From Clostridia bacterium (GTDB taxonomy: Bacteria > Bacillota > Clostridia > Oscillospirales > CAG-272), in assembly GCA_017483195.1 (NCBI GenBank), contig JAFULR010000010.1, forward strand, positions 12,673 to 76,672: a stretch of DNA of 64,000 nucleotides, given 5' to 3'. Of the stretch, positions 1-10,650 are shown one piece after another. The notes under the pieces are model-generated. The model was not told the origin of the DNA. It worked only from the letters and a program-made list of their open reading frames with translations, and ran no database searches. The position numbers and the translations under genes were made by a program. The stretch's first letter is position 1. Every line of letters begins with the position of its first letter.

Positions 1-540
1 GTTATTCACGGAATACCTTCCGCAAAAAGATTTTTGCAGGAGGGAGATATAGTGAAGATCGACGTTGGAGCTTGCATTGGCGGCTACCACGGCGACAGCG
101 CTCGCACCATTCCTGTAGGAAGGGTGAGCGATGAGGCTATGCAGCTTATAAAGGCTACAAGAGATAGCTTCTTCGCAGGCGCGAAAATGGCGGTTGCGGG
201 TAATCGCATAGGCGATATCGGCTCCGCGATCTCAGAGTCCGTCAGTCCCTATGGCTACGGAGTGGTGAGAGAGTTTATCGGACACGGAATTGGACGTAAC
301 GTTCATGAGGAGCCCGACGTTCCGAACTACGGTACGGCAGGGCGCGGTGTTCGCCTTTGCAACGGAATGACGCTTGCTATCGAGCCCATGATAAATCTGG
401 GCACGGCAAAGGTCATTATGTTGCCGGACGGCTGGACGGTGAAGACCGCAGACGGAAAGCTCTCTGCTCATTACGAGAATACTGTTGCGATCACTCCCGA
501 GGGAGTTCAGATACTAACGCTGATTGATAACGATTTTTAA
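1..540 (+). CDS. map: methionine aminopeptidase type I (C-terminal part; start lies outside the window)
   Basis: ORF runs in from the window edge; translation has MetAP-I core motifs (GYHGD, HGIG..HEEP, AIEPM); lies directly upstream of infA as in the conserved cluster. Confidence 0.9.
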   Translation, partial: VIHGIPSAKRFLQEGDIVKIDVGACIGGYHGDSARTIPVGRVSDEAMQLIKATRDSFFAGAKMAVAGNRIGDIGSAISESVSPYGYGVVREFIGHGIGRNVHEEPDVPNYGTAGRGVRLCNGMTLAIEPMINLGTAKVIMLPDGWTVKTADGKLSAHYENTVAITPEGVQILTLIDNDF

Positions 541-572
541 GCAAAAGCAAATATTTCAGGAGGAAAAGAATC

Positions 573-791
573 TTGGCTAAAGATGATGTAATCGAATTTG
601 AAGGCACGGTCGTTGAGGCTCTTCCCAACGCAACCTTCAAGGTTCAGCTTCCCAATGGGCACATCGTAACTGCTCATATTTCGGGTAAGCTCAGAATGAA
701 CTATATCAGAATTTTGCCCGGTGATAAGGTTACTATTGAAGTATCCGTTTACGACCTTAACAAGGGCCGTATCACATGGCGCGCAAAATAA
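573..791 (+). CDS. infA: translation initiation factor IF-1
   Basis: 72-aa S1-like protein [13 protein letters not shown]...; GGAGGA RBS upstream; canonical position. Confidence 0.95.
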   Translation: MAKDDVIEFEGTVVEALPNATFKVQLPNGHIVTAHISGKLRMNYIRILPGDKVTIEVSVYDLNKGRITWRAK

Positions 792-882
792 ATAATAAAA
801 GCTGACGGTGCTTAATGAGAAAGCGCCGTTGGGTGACTCATAAAACCAATAAAACCATAATAAAGAAAGGAATGGTAGTACA

Positions 883-996
883 ATGAAAGTTAAACCATCC
901 GTAAAGAAGATCTGCGAAAAGTGCAAGATCATCAAGAGAAAAGGTAAAATCATGGTAATCTGTGAGAACCCTAAGCACAAACAGAGACAGGGTTAA
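883..996 (+). CDS. rpmJ: 50S ribosomal protein L36
   Basis: 37-aa [40 protein letters not shown] (below the ORF-track size cut-off); AAGG RBS; lies between infA and rpsM. Confidence 0.9.
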   Translation: MKVKPSVKKICEKCKIIKRKGKIMVICENPKHKQRQG

Positions 997-1047
997 TCAG
1001 AAACCAACCACACACTAAAAATAACCGAATTAAAGAGGTGAAATGAA

Positions 1048-1416
1048 ATGGCTCGTATAGCTGGTGTTGATATTCCAAACGCAAAACGCGTTGAAATCGC
1101 TCTTACCTACATTTACGGTATCGGCCGCAAGAGTGCAAATGACATTCTTGCAAAGACAGGCATCAATCCCGACACTCGCGCTAAGGATCTTACAGAGGCT
1201 GAGATCGCAAAGCTCCGTGACGAGATCGAAAACTTCTACACTGTAGAGGGTGATCTTCGCCGTGATGTTGCAATGAACATCAAGAGAAAGATCGAAATCA
1301 ACTGCTTCTGCGGTATCAGACATAGAAAAGGTCTTCCCGTAAGAGGTCAGAGAACAAAGACAAATGCAAGAACTCGTAAAGGTCCTGCAAAGACAATCGC
1401 TAACAAGAAGAAATAA
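1048..1416 (+). CDS. rpsM: 30S ribosomal protein S13
   Basis: [10 protein letters not shown]... typical S13 N-terminus; operon context. Confidence 0.95.
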   Translation: MARIAGVDIPNAKRVEIALTYIYGIGRKSANDILAKTGINPDTRAKDLTEAEIAKLRDEIENFYTVEGDLRRDVAMNIKRKIEINCFCGIRHRKGLPVRGQRTKTNARTRKGPAKTIANKKK

Positions 1417-1430
1417 AGGAGTAGCATAAG

Positions 1431-1820
1431 ATGGCTGTTAAAAAAGTAGTCAGAAAACGCCGCGAACGTAAAAATATTGAAAAAGGCGCGGCTCATATCA
1501 GTGCAACTTTCAACAATACTATTGTAACCATCACCGACGTTAACGGAAACACAATTTCTTGGGCTTCCGCAGGTGAGCTTGGTTTCAAGGGCTCCAGAAA
1601 GTCCACTCCCTTTGCAGCTCAGTCTGCAGCAGAGACAGCAGGTAAGGCTGCTATGGAACACGGACTCAAGACTGTTGAAGTGTTTGTAAAAGGTCCCGGT
1701 TCAGGACGTGAATCCGCAATTCGTGCATTGGAAACAGTTGGTCTTCAGATCACAATGATCAAGGACGTAACTCCTATTCCTCACAACGGTTGCAGACCGC
1801 CTAAACGCAGAAAAGTTTAA
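1431..1820 (+). CDS. rpsK: 30S ribosomal protein S11
   Basis: 129 aa with the S11 signature (...[11 protein letters not shown]...); operon context. Confidence 0.95.
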   Translation: MAVKKVVRKRRERKNIEKGAAHISATFNNTIVTITDVNGNTISWASAGELGFKGSRKSTPFAAQSAAETAGKAAMEHGLKTVEVFVKGPGSGRESAIRALETVGLQITMIKDVTPIPHNGCRPPKRRKV

Positions 1821-1838
1821 TTCAGGAGGATTTACAAA

Positions 1839-2465
1839 ATGGCAAGATATACAGGTCCTGCATGTAAGCTCTGCCGCAGAGAAGGCAAAAAGCTTTATCT
1901 CAAGGGTGAGCGTTGCACATCAGGTAAATGCGCACTTGACCGCCGCCACAGCGCTCCCGGTCAGCACGGTGCAAATAATAAGAAACTTAGAGAATACGGA
2001 CTTCAGCTTCGTGAGAAGCAGACTGCAAAGAGATACTACGGCGTTCTTGAAAAGCAGTTCAAGAACTACTACGTTGAGGCTGCAAGAAAGCCCGGTATCA
2101 CAGGTGAGAATCTTCTTTGCTTGCTTGAAAGAAGACTTGACAACGTTGTTTACAGAATGGGCTTCGCAGAGAGCCACAAGGAAGCTCGCCAGATCGTTCT
2201 TCACGAGCACATCGAGCTTAACGGCAAGAAGGTAAACGTTCCTTCTATTCTCGTTCGCCCCGGCGACGTTATCACAGTTCGTGAGAACTTCAGAAATTCT
2301 GAAAAGTATAAGGCACTCGCAGAGAGCGCACAGACAAAGTCTGCTCCCAAGTGGCTTGAGGTTAATAAGGAAACAATGAGCGCAAAGGTTCTTACTATGC
2401 CTGCTCGTGAGGATATTGACTTCCCCTTCGAAGAACAGCTTATCGTCGAACTTTATTCCAAGTAA
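1839..2465 (+). CDS. rpsD: 30S ribosomal protein S4
   Basis: [15 protein letters not shown]... S4 N-terminal zinc-ribbon-like region plus S4 domain. Confidence 0.95.
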   Translation: MARYTGPACKLCRREGKKLYLKGERCTSGKCALDRRHSAPGQHGANNKKLREYGLQLREKQTAKRYYGVLEKQFKNYYVEAARKPGITGENLLCLLERRLDNVVYRMGFAESHKEARQIVLHEHIELNGKKVNVPSILVRPGDVITVRENFRNSEKYKALAESAQTKSAPKWLEVNKETMSAKVLTMPAREDIDFPFEEQLIVELYSK

Positions 2466-2586
2466 TAACCCGGGTACCGTATATATCGTACCCGCGGTTG
2501 CTTGGCAAATGCGGATGACGGTTTTAGTACGGACGAATTATCCCCTGTAAAAACAGTGAAAATTTATTAATGGAGGAATATTTGGA

Positions 2587-3561
2587 ATGATTGAAATAGA
2601 GAAACCTAATATAACAACGGTTGACTTAAGTGAAGACGGAAGATTTGGTACGTTTATCGTTGAGCCCCTTGAAAGAGGCTACGGTACAACACTCGGAAAC
2701 TCCCTTCGCAGAGTGCTTCTCAGCTCTCTCCCCGGCGTTGCAGTAACAAGCATCAAGATCGATGGTGTATTGCACGAGTTCTCCACAATTCCCGGTGTTA
2801 AGGAAGACGTTACAGAGATCGTACTTAACGTAAAGGGCATCACAGCAAAGCTTCACACAAACTCTCCCAAGACTGTAGTTATCGACGTGGTTGGTGAGCA
2901 GGTTGTTACTGCCGGCGACATCAAGCAGGATACGGATATTGAGATCCTTAATCCCGCGCACCACATCGCAACGGTTGCAGCAGGTGAGAGATTCTATATG
3001 GAGCTTACCTTTGATAGCGGACGCGGCTACGTGTCCCAGGAACGCAACAAGCAGATCCATACGGCTCTTCTTGGCGCAAGCGTTTCCGCTCCCATTGGAA
3101 CGATCTACACGGATTCTATCTACACTCCCGTTTATAACGTACGTTATACTGTTGACAGCACACGTGTGGGAACAGTTGCTGACTTCGATAAGCTCACGCT
3201 TGAAATCGAAACAAACGGCACTCTCTCCGCAAAAGAGGCGGTTTCCCTCGGAGCCAAGATTCTCAACGAGCATCTCAACTTGTTCGTCGATCTTTCAGAG
3301 GACGCAAGAAATGAAAGTATTATGGTCGAAAGAGAAGAGACCATCAAGGAGAAAGTCCTTGAGATGACCATTGAGGAACTTGACATGTCTGTTCGTAGCT
3401 TCAACTGCTTGAAGCGCGCAGGCATTGATACAGTAGAAGATCTGACCAACCGTACCGAAGAGGATATGATCAAGGTCAGAAATCTTGGTAAGAAGTCGCT
3501 TGAGGAAGTTATCCAAAAGCTTGCTTCCTTGGGTCTTACACTCAAAAAGGAAGAAGACTAA
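2587..3561 (+). CDS. rpoA: DNA-directed RNA polymerase subunit alpha
   Basis: 324 aa with RpoA N-terminal (dimerisation) and C-terminal ([17 protein letters not shown]) domain motifs. Confidence 0.95.
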   Translation: MIEIEKPNITTVDLSEDGRFGTFIVEPLERGYGTTLGNSLRRVLLSSLPGVAVTSIKIDGVLHEFSTIPGVKEDVTEIVLNVKGITAKLHTNSPKTVVIDVVGEQVVTAGDIKQDTDIEILNPAHHIATVAAGERFYMELTFDSGRGYVSQERNKQIHTALLGASVSAPIGTIYTDSIYTPVYNVRYTVDSTRVGTVADFDKLTLEIETNGTLSAKEAVSLGAKILNEHLNLFVDLSEDARNESIMVEREETIKEKVLEMTIEELDMSVRSFNCLKRAGIDTVEDLTNRTEEDMIKVRNLGKKSLEEVIQKLASLGLTLKKEED

Positions 3562-3603
3562 TTCAAAAGTAAGATTTATTAATCAAAAGGAGGAAATAAA
3601 GCG

Positions 3604-3945
3604 ATGCTTAACAGAAAGCTTGGCAGAACATCTGCTCATAGAAATGCAATGCTTCGCGGTCTTGTAACATACCTTCTTGAAAACGGCTCCGTTGAGACAA
3701 CTCTCACAAGAGCTAAAGAAGTTCGTTCTGTTGCAGAAAAGATGATCACACTTGGTAAGAAGAATACTCTTGCAAGCCGTCGTGCTGCTCTTTCCTACAT
3801 CACTAAGGAAGACGTTGTTACTAAAGTGTTTAATGAGATTGCTCCTAAATATGAAGGTCGTAACGGTGGTTACACTCAGATTTATAAGCTTGGTCCCCGC
3901 CGCGGTGACGGAGCTGAGATGGCAATCATCAAATTGGTTGACTAA
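3604..3945 (+). CDS. rplQ: 50S ribosomal protein L17
   Basis: 113 aa, [18 protein letters not shown]...; terminal gene of the alpha operon. Confidence 0.95.
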   Translation: MLNRKLGRTSAHRNAMLRGLVTYLLENGSVETTLTRAKEVRSVAEKMITLGKKNTLASRRAALSYITKEDVVTKVFNEIAPKYEGRNGGYTQIYKLGPRRGDGAEMAIIKLVD

Positions 3946-3974
3946 TTTGATACCGCAATTAGCAATATAAATTT

Positions 3975-4008
3975 AAACTCCCAAGGTGTAAACCTTGGGA
4001 GTTTTTTA
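3975..4008 (+). terminator. rho-independent terminator of the alpha operon
   Basis: AACTCCCAAGG-gtgtaaa-CCTTGGGAGTT hairpin followed by TTTTTT. Confidence 0.8.
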
Positions 4009-4379
4009 TTGCTTAGTTAGTTTGACTCTGTAACACGTTCTTTTTTGAAAAAAAGAACCAAAAAACTTTTATAAGCTATCGCGGCAAAATCTTGCGCAAA
4101 TTGTACCAACAAGTTGGTACTGAAAATTTTTCTCGTCGCCTCGAAAAATTGTAATTTGCTATACAGTACAAAGCCCATTTGTGTGAGCCGATGGCTACAC
4201 TTTACACAAGCAAATTAAAGATTTTTAAAGCGCCTGTTAAAATGCTTTAAAAATCGTTATGTGTTGCTCCGCAACACAATTTGCGCAGAGTTAATTTGTA
4301 AAAACGTTTTAAAGTTTTTTAGGGGTTATAGGGGGCAATTTTTCAAAAATGCCCCCTAATCCCAAGTCAAACTACTAAC

Positions 4380-5534
4380 TTATTTACAAATAAAATTATT
4401 AATAGCCGATAAAAGCTTATCGATATCCGATTTTGTGTTGAAAATACCGAACGATACTCTGACGGTGCCGGTGTTATCGGTTTTCAGTGCCTTGTGAGCG
4501 AGTGCGGTACAATGAAATCCGCCGCGAACACAGATATTTGCATCGTCGAGAGCGCGGCAGACAGCTTCTGCAGAGTGATTGTTGGTATTAAAGGACAGGG
4601 TGTTGCCCTCAAATTCGGGTAGATGGACGGTTGAGCCTCCAATTTCAAGTAAACCGTCGCGTAGATAACGGAAAAGCTCACGCTCGTGATCTCTTATGGC
4701 ATCGACCCCAATGCTTTTTACGAATTTCGCACCCTCGTAAAGACCCACTATTGCGGGCAGGGGCAGAGTTCCCACCTCATAGCGCTCGGGCGAAAGATCG
4801 GGCATGCCGGGGAGGAGTGAGTCAACACCGTTGCCGCCCTCGATGAGAGTATCAAGGATCTCTGCGGAATTTATCGCCACAAATCCTGCTCCTTGAACGC
4901 CGTAAAGCCCCTTGTGAGCGGGTGCGGAAAGGAAGTTGATATTCATTTTTTGCATATCAATATTGTAATGACCTATACTTTGAGCAACATCAAGCGCAAA
5001 TAAAACGTGAAAATTCTTGCACAATTCTCCGATTTCGTGGATTGGCAGAGAATAGGAGCAAATATTGGATTGATGATTGCAGATTATGAGTCGGGTGTTT
5101 CTTTTGATTTTACCTTCTATTTCAGTTATAAGCTCCTTTTCGCTTCTGTTCGGTTGCGAGAGCGCGGAAAAGACGTCATAGGTGATGATCCCATCGTGAG
5201 CAAGCTTTACTATCGGGCGCCACACGGCGTTATGCTCCATATCGCTGAGGATGACGTGATCGCCCGGGCGCAAAATTCCCTTGATTATGAGGTTCAGACC
5301 GTAGGTGCAGGACGGGACGAAGGCGATGCTTTCGGGGGATGGGGCGCCTATCAATGAGCTGAGCAGCTCGCGGCATTCATAGATCTTTTGGGCGGCAAAA
5401 AGGGACATTTTGTGTGATCCGCGTCCGGCATTTCCACAATAATCCCTAAGGCAACGCGCGACCTCGCGTGTGACCGCCGAGGGCTTTGGAAAGCTTGTGG
5501 CGGCATTGTCAAGGTAGCAAATTCTATCATTCAA
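4380..5534 (-). CDS. cysteine desulfurase family protein (class-V aminotransferase)
   Basis: PLP-dependent class-V fold (ICYLDNAATSFPKP..., ...SAPAHKGLYG...); likely true start is TTG at 5534 preceded by GGAGGA with an 8-nt spacer (the ORF-track start at 5648 is probably an over-extension). Confidence 0.8.
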   Translation of the reverse strand: MNDRICYLDNAATSFPKPSAVTREVARCLRDYCGNAGRGSHKMSLFAAQKIYECRELLSSLIGAPSPESIAFVPSCTYGLNLIIKGILRPGDHVILSDMEHNAVWRPIVKLAHDGIITYDVFSALSQPNRSEKELITEIEGKIKRNTRLIICNHQSNICSYSLPIHEIGELCKNFHVLFALDVAQSIGHYNIDMQKMNINFLSAPAHKGLYGVQGAGFVAINSAEILDTLIEGGNGVDSLLPGMPDLSPERYEVGTLPLPAIVGLYEGAKFVKSIGVDAIRDHERELFRYLRDGLLEIGGSTVHLPEFEGNTLSFNTNNHSAEAVCRALDDANICVRGGFHCTALAHKALKTDNTGTVRVSFGIFNTKSDIDKLLSAINNFICK

Positions 5535-5770
5535 AGTGATTTTCCTCCGCTGAAGTTCAAAAATTGGGCGTTTTTTATGCCGTTTTGACGTAAAATTCGT
5601 CTGACTGTGGCCTCTTCGGCGCAGGAAAACTCGATTCCGTAGGCGCATCCTCGACGGGTGAGGGCGGGATCGATGCTGATGATTTTACTGAAGATTCCTT
5701 CGCTTGCAAGTGCTTTTTGGGCTTTTATCGATATATTTACGGTTTGCATTGTTGCAATACAGGTGTTCAT
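5531..5770 (-). CDS. small DUF3343-like protein (putative S/Se-transfer accessory), overlapping the desulfurase start
   Basis: 79-aa ORF with GGAGA RBS; sequence (IKAQKALASEGIFSKIISIDPALTRRGCAYGIEF) resembles the small proteins usually found upstream of csd-like genes in Clostridia; 4-nt overlap with the downstream TTG start. Confidence 0.5.
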   Translation of the reverse strand: MNTCIATMQTVNISIKAQKALASEGIFSKIISIDPALTRRGCAYGIEFSCAEEATVRRILRQNGIKNAQFLNFSGGKSL

Positions 5771-5876
5771 AAGATCTCCAAAAATGTGAATTTTTTATTA
5801 TATTATATGAAAATAAAAAGAATAATGCGTATTCCACCTGGGAATACTAAAATATCACTTTTAAAGGAGATTTTTT

Positions 5877-6488
5877 ATGAAAATAGAGAAGATATTAGTG
5901 CTTTTTTGCGTTTTTATGCTATGCGCGTCCGTTTGTGACGTGCTTCCCATCCACGGAGAGGAAAAAATTTACGGCAGCGTGGTGCGATTGCACGTTTTGG
6001 CAAATTCGGATTTGGAAGAGGATCAGGCGCTCAAATTAAAGGTGCGCGACGCGGTGCTTTCTTACGTTTCGCCCCTCGTTGCGGACTGCAAAAGCAGGGA
6101 AGAGGCGATAGAAATTTTACAGGACGAGCTTGAGAGCATCAAAACGGTGGCAGATGCCGCGGTGGATCGCGAGGGATACGATTATTCGGCGGACGTTACG
6201 TTGACGGTTGAGGATTATCCGACGCGAAATTACGAGGCGATGAGCTTTCCCTCGGGCGCTTACGTGTCGCTTCGTGTGATGCTTGGAGAAGCGGAAGGGC
6301 AGAACTGGTGGTGCGTGCTTTTTCCGCCGCTCTGCCTTGGTGCGGCGAGTGAGAAGCTTGAAAACGAGGAAGCATTCATCGCGGTGGGGCTCACGTCCGA
6401 CCAGTACAAAATAATCACCGAGACCGACGAGACGAAGTATTATCTGCGCTTTAAGATCCTTGAGGCGATAAGGGGCGCGGGGGAATAA
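5877..6488 (+). CDS. spoIIR: stage II sporulation protein R
   Basis: Signal peptide plus SpoIIR signatures (RLHVLANSD, WWCVLFPPLC). Confidence 0.85.
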   Translation: MKIEKILVLFCVFMLCASVCDVLPIHGEEKIYGSVVRLHVLANSDLEEDQALKLKVRDAVLSYVSPLVADCKSREEAIEILQDELESIKTVADAAVDREGYDYSADVTLTVEDYPTRNYEAMSFPSGAYVSLRVMLGEAEGQNWWCVLFPPLCLGAASEKLENEEAFIAVGLTSDQYKIITETDETKYYLRFKILEAIRGAGE

Positions 6489-6493
6489 ACAAA

Positions 6494-6527
6494 AAAGACC
6501 TTTATTGAAAAATAGAGGTCTTTTTCA
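6494..6527 (+). terminator. rho-independent terminator after spoIIR
   Basis: AAGACC...GGTCTT hairpin followed by TTTTT. Confidence 0.7.
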
Positions 6528-6664
6528 TTTTGGCGTGGGGTGTTGACAAAAATTTCAAAAGGTGATAGAATAAAATAGATAGATGTGTTTGGTGCATTTG
6601 GGACGCGAATTGGGTAATACAACGATCAATTAGCGGTTTTTACACCTGTGAAAGAGAGGTTTTT

Positions 6665-7135
6665 GTGATTGAATTTAAAGGTAAAGTTACAAGCAAAAAT
6701 GCTATTAAATCTCAAGGACGTATGCTGAAAACAATTTTTATAATTAGTGTTGCTATAGCTATGCTATTAATGCTTATTTTGCTTGGAGCCGCTTGGTTCT
6801 TTCGCACGCTTATCCTCATCATGATGCCTGTTGTGATTATTGGAATAATAATTATTCCAAATAGGTTCATAGCACCTCTCCCTGAGAGATTGTTGATAGA
6901 TACAGAGGAAAGAACAATAGTTTCTAAGATCAAAGGTGTAAACGAAACCTTTAAAATGTTGGATGATACTACCAAAGTTGAAGATCACGGAGATTATTAT
7001 GCTTTTTGTTTTAACAATCGCATTTCCGGACTTGGTTTTATTGCTCAAAAAGACCTCATAACACAAGGCACTATCGAAGAATTTGAAGAGATTTTTGAAG
7101 AAGTGCTTGTGCGCGTAAAAAAAAAGTCAAAATAA
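6665..7135 (+). CDS. hypothetical membrane protein
   Basis: GTG start with AGAGAGG RBS; two hydrophobic helices then an acidic C-terminal domain; AT-rich. Confidence 0.5.
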   Translation: MIEFKGKVTSKNAIKSQGRMLKTIFIISVAIAMLLMLILLGAAWFFRTLILIMMPVVIIGIIIIPNRFIAPLPERLLIDTEERTIVSKIKGVNETFKMLDDTTKVEDHGDYYAFCFNNRISGLGFIAQKDLITQGTIEEFEEIFEEVLVRVKKKSK

Positions 7136-7287
7136 ACAAGCCTGTTTTACCTTGTAGGGTGGGCTTTCTTGAAAATCGTTGGAATTTACAATAGATCCCA
7201 TAGCAATCTCTAAAGCCTTAATGCCGTGATAAGTTTAAAGTGTTTTAGCGATATTATTTTTGAGTCGGTTTTTGAGAGGAGAACAAA

Positions 7288-7722
7288 ATGAAAAAATTGA
7301 TAGCAACTATATTGATACTTAGCATCGCAAGTCTTTCTGGCTGTTATTTGTTTAAAATTGATTTGGTAGATGCGAGAGGAGCTGTATCCTTTGCGGAGGA
7401 GTTTTGCCTTGCTTTGGGGGAAGACATTGAATTGGCAAAAGAGTATTTAAGTTCCGATTCCACTCCAAGTAAAGATAATCTCCAAGATTTTATAAAAGAA
7501 ATTGAGTTGGAAAATAATGTGTGTTTTTCGGACGGGGTGGTACTAAAGGATCGAGATGGGTTTACATTCAATCCTAAGCCGTATGACTCACTTGTGTGTA
7601 CATATAAGTTTGGCTGTGAGCTTGTAATTGGAAATAGTGTCGTGAATCTTCTTTTTGCTGTTAGAAAAGACGAAAATGGTTATAGTATTGTTCATATTGA
7701 ACAGGGTAAATATCGAACATAG
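7288..7722 (+). CDS. hypothetical lipoprotein
   Basis: Lipoprotein signal (LSIASLSGC); GGAG RBS. Confidence 0.6.
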   Translation: MKKLIATILILSIASLSGCYLFKIDLVDARGAVSFAEEFCLALGEDIELAKEYLSSDSTPSKDNLQDFIKEIELENNVCFSDGVVLKDRDGFTFNPKPYDSLVCTYKFGCELVIGNSVVNLLFAVRKDENGYSIVHIEQGKYRT

Positions 7723-7740
7723 TAAATGGGTACCAGAATT

Positions 7741-8139
7741 ATGAAAAAGTTTTTAGTATTATTGCTTATATTTTCTACTATTTGCTTGTCGGGGTGCGAT
7801 TTTGACAAAGCAGAGACATACGGAAGTGAATTTTGTTATGCTCTAGCGAAGAGCAACGATGTGGCGAAAGAATACCTACACCCCGCTTCAAAGCTAAACG
7901 GAAAAGAATTTGAGAAATTTATCACTAAGCTTGAACAATTTAATGAAATTGATTTTTCAGAAGGGTTGGAAATAATCGACTCTTCATTCACCTCGTCCGC
8001 TTTGGGAGTCGTTTGGGACGGTTACAAATATGAGTATACTTATGAAATATTCGTAAGCGACAAAACAATCATGATATTTTGCGTTATTTTGGATGATAGC
8101 GAAGGATATGGCATTTATAGTTTTGGAATAATCGAATAA
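7741..8139 (+). CDS. hypothetical lipoprotein (paralogue of the preceding gene)
   Basis: MKKFLVLLLIFSTICLSGC lipobox; similar size and architecture to 7288..7722. Confidence 0.6.
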   Translation: MKKFLVLLLIFSTICLSGCDFDKAETYGSEFCYALAKSNDVAKEYLHPASKLNGKEFEKFITKLEQFNEIDFSEGLEIIDSSFTSSALGVVWDGYKYEYTYEIFVSDKTIMIFCVILDDSEGYGIYSFGIIE

Positions 8140-8184
8140 CATAACCCCTGCGGAGTGATTCCGCAGGGGTGTTTTATTTTTTCG

Positions 8185-8858
8185 TTATTTGGGGATCTTT
8201 ATTATTTCGCTTTCCGTTATGAGGATTTTGACGGGGGTATCGTGGGGGTCTGTTGGGAGCTGTTTTACGAGGAGGTCGGAGTAGGTGAGCCCGACCGATG
8301 TGCCCTTAAAGTCCCTCAAAAAGCGGTCGTAAAAGCCCTTGCCGTAGCCGAGGCGGTTTCCGTTTTCGTCAAATGCGATCGCGGGGACGATGCAGAGCGT
8401 TTTTTCGTCGGGGATGAGGGCGGGGCAGGTGTTATTTGGCTCGAAAAGACCGAATTTTGCGGGGGAAAGGTAGTCGGAAACAATCCCTCCGCCTCGTGCC
8501 TCGGCGCCTTCGCTTACACGGGGGAGGCTTTTGTTGAGGGGAGGGTTGTTTTCGGTTGTGTTATCATTTTTTTCGTGAAAAGCGGGGAGTTCTCTGAATG
8601 TGAGAGTCCCACTTTCGTGGTCGCAGACAGGAAAGGCGATCTTTTTGCCCCACTTTTGAGCCACATCGAGTAGAAAAAGCGGTGAAATTTCGTTATTAAT
8701 TGGGAAATAGAACAAAATTGCGGTCGCGCTCTTGAATTCGTCGAGCTGCGCGATCCTCTCACAGGCGGAGCGGCTTGCGGCGGCAATATAGTCACCGTCG
8801 AGGCTGTCTCGCAGGGCGCGAAGATGCGCGCGGAGGGTGGTTTTTTCGTTCATCATTT
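8185..8858 (-). CDS. 5-formyltetrahydrofolate cyclo-ligase
   Basis: MTHFS-family motifs (...GYGKGFYDR...); start MMNEKTTLRAHLRA overlaps the stop of the upstream gene (ATGA). Confidence 0.75.
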
Positions 8859-9395
8859 GTGGAAAACGCTTTCTGCGATCTCGTCCGCTTTTTCCTTGCC
8901 GAGAAGTGCTTCTACGATGGCGAGTCCGAAATCGTTTGCGCAACCCATACCCTTGGCGGTGATGAACTGACCGTCGCGGACGACCTTTTCATCCGTTACG
9001 ATCGCGCCCTCAAGATAATTTTCAAAGCCGGGGAAGCAGCTCGCGCGCTTTCCTTCAAGGAGTCCGAGCTTGCCGAGAATAAAGGGGGCGGCGCAGATCG
9101 CGCAGACAAGTCCGCCGCAGCCGAGGGCGTTCTGAATGGATACGGAAACGGTCGCGCTCTCGTCAAGATTGGATGCGCCGGGCATACCGCCGGGGAGGAT
9201 TATCGCCTCGGGCTTAGTGGTGCAAAGCTCACACTCGTTTATGTCCGCTATCACGGGGATTCCGTGTGCGCCGACTACCTTATTGTCGGTGCCGATTGCG
9301 ACGGTTCTTACCTCAAGTCCTGCGCGGCGCAGGATATCGACGGGCGCGAGCGCTTCGATCTCTTCAAATCCGTTTGCTAAAAATACGTAGATCAT
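8853..9395 (-). CDS. DJ-1/PfpI family protein
   Basis: 180 aa with a ThiJ/DJ-1 fold and nucleophile-elbow cysteine (AICAAP). Confidence 0.8.
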   Translation of the reverse strand: MIYVFLANGFEEIEALAPVDILRRAGLEVRTVAIGTDNKVVGAHGIPVIADINECELCTTKPEAIILPGGMPGASNLDESATVSVSIQNALGCGGLVCAICAAPFILGKLGLLEGKRASCFPGFENYLEGAIVTDEKVVRDGQFITAKGMGCANDFGLAIVEALLGKEKADEIAESVFHK

Positions 9396-9399
9396 TTTT

Positions 9400-10650
9400 A
9401 CCTCCTTGGGTGGTTGTTTTTATTGGTTTTTTGGGTTTTGTGTTTGGTGGAAGGTGATTTGGCTTTAGAACGGGAACGCCTTCCGTCCCGCTACGCCCCG
9501 CCCCCTCCCCTGCACCCCTCGCCGCCCCCGAGGGGAATGAGTGAGTGCGCTCTCGTAATGAGTGCGTAGCCGAAGGGTTTGCGGTGGGTGCCGATCCCTA
9601 CAAAAGTTAGTTTGGTTTTGGAGCGGACGCGCACAGCGCGCCCCTACGGGTTTGAGGAAAAAGCCGATTGTTTGTACAGACCGTGTTCCTCTCATCCACC
9701 TTGAAAACGCCGAAGGCTTTTTCTCAACCCCTTCCCCTCAGGGGAAGGCTTAGGTTAGTGCGCTTATGCACAAACTCGTAGGGGTCGGCGTCCTCGGCGA
9801 CCCGCGTTCGTGGGAAAGTAACTTTGCATTTGAAACTCTCCCACCACCACTTCGTGGTCCCCCTCCCTCGACAGAGGGAGGCAAGGGTTGTGCCGTTGCC
9901 CTCAACGTAGGGCGACTGTCTTGCTCCCGCCGGGTTGTAGGGAAAAGTACTTCACCTTTGGAAAGTCATAAAGACTCCTTCGTAGATCCCTGCGCGCCAA
10001 GGCGCTTGGTTTTGTCCGTTCCGCTTTGCTGCACTACCAAAACTTCGTCTCGCTGGCGCTCGCTCAGGATGACGTACAGACGGGGCGTTTGCGGTGGGCG
10101 GATGTTTGCTCGGGTCGTCGGGGACGTCGACCCCTACACAATATTAGTTTGCCTTGAAATCGGACGCGCACAGCGCGCCCCTACACGGGTAAGAGCGTCG
10201 CCGTGGGGTTTGTTTTTTGAATTTTGCATTTAGCGGGTGCACGGAGTGCCCCCCTACGAGAGCGAGAGCGTAGCCGAGGGGTTTGAGGTGGGCGGAGGGT
10301 TGCTCTGACGCGCACGAGAAACAAAGGTTAGTTGCCTACTTCGGCAAGAACGCGTCTTTGGTTGCGCCGGGGTTCCCCGAAGTGAGCAACGCGAGCTTTG
10401 GGGGTTCGCGGAAACGGAGTCGTAAGACGACGAGCGTTTTTCGACGGCGCGCCACTATTATTTTAGATAACCACAAAATTCCAAGCGCGGCGCGATGACG
10501 TATAGCCGTTTTGCTGGCGCGCCACTATTATTTGGGATAACCACAAAATTCTACGTGCGGCGAGGTGTCTATACAGGTTGGATATAGCTTTATAGTGTAT
10601 TAGTACGCAAAAAGCCGATATGGTATTAATATATCGGCTTTTATAGAATT
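9400..10650. repeat. mosaic array of GC-rich repeat modules (REP-like 24-mers, tandem 45-nt repeats)
   Basis: No coherent CDS; contains CGGACGCGCACAGCGCGCCCCTAC (x2); tandem GGCGCGCCACTATTATTTnnGATAACCACAAAATTC (x2); segments homologous to 12005..13120 in direct and inverted orientation. Confidence 0.8.

Noticed and set aside
2626-3273. 215-aa minus-strand ORF antisense to rpoA (and similar antisense ORFs inside hsdR, hsdM, hisS, nfnB)
   Set aside because: They lie antisense to strongly supported conserved genes and show no motifs.
9465-10498. Several 60-155 aa ORFs (both strands) inside the first repeat array
   Set aside because: They lie entirely within GC-rich repeat modules, have Arg/Pro/Gly-skewed composition and no RBS. 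They are repeat DNA, not genes.
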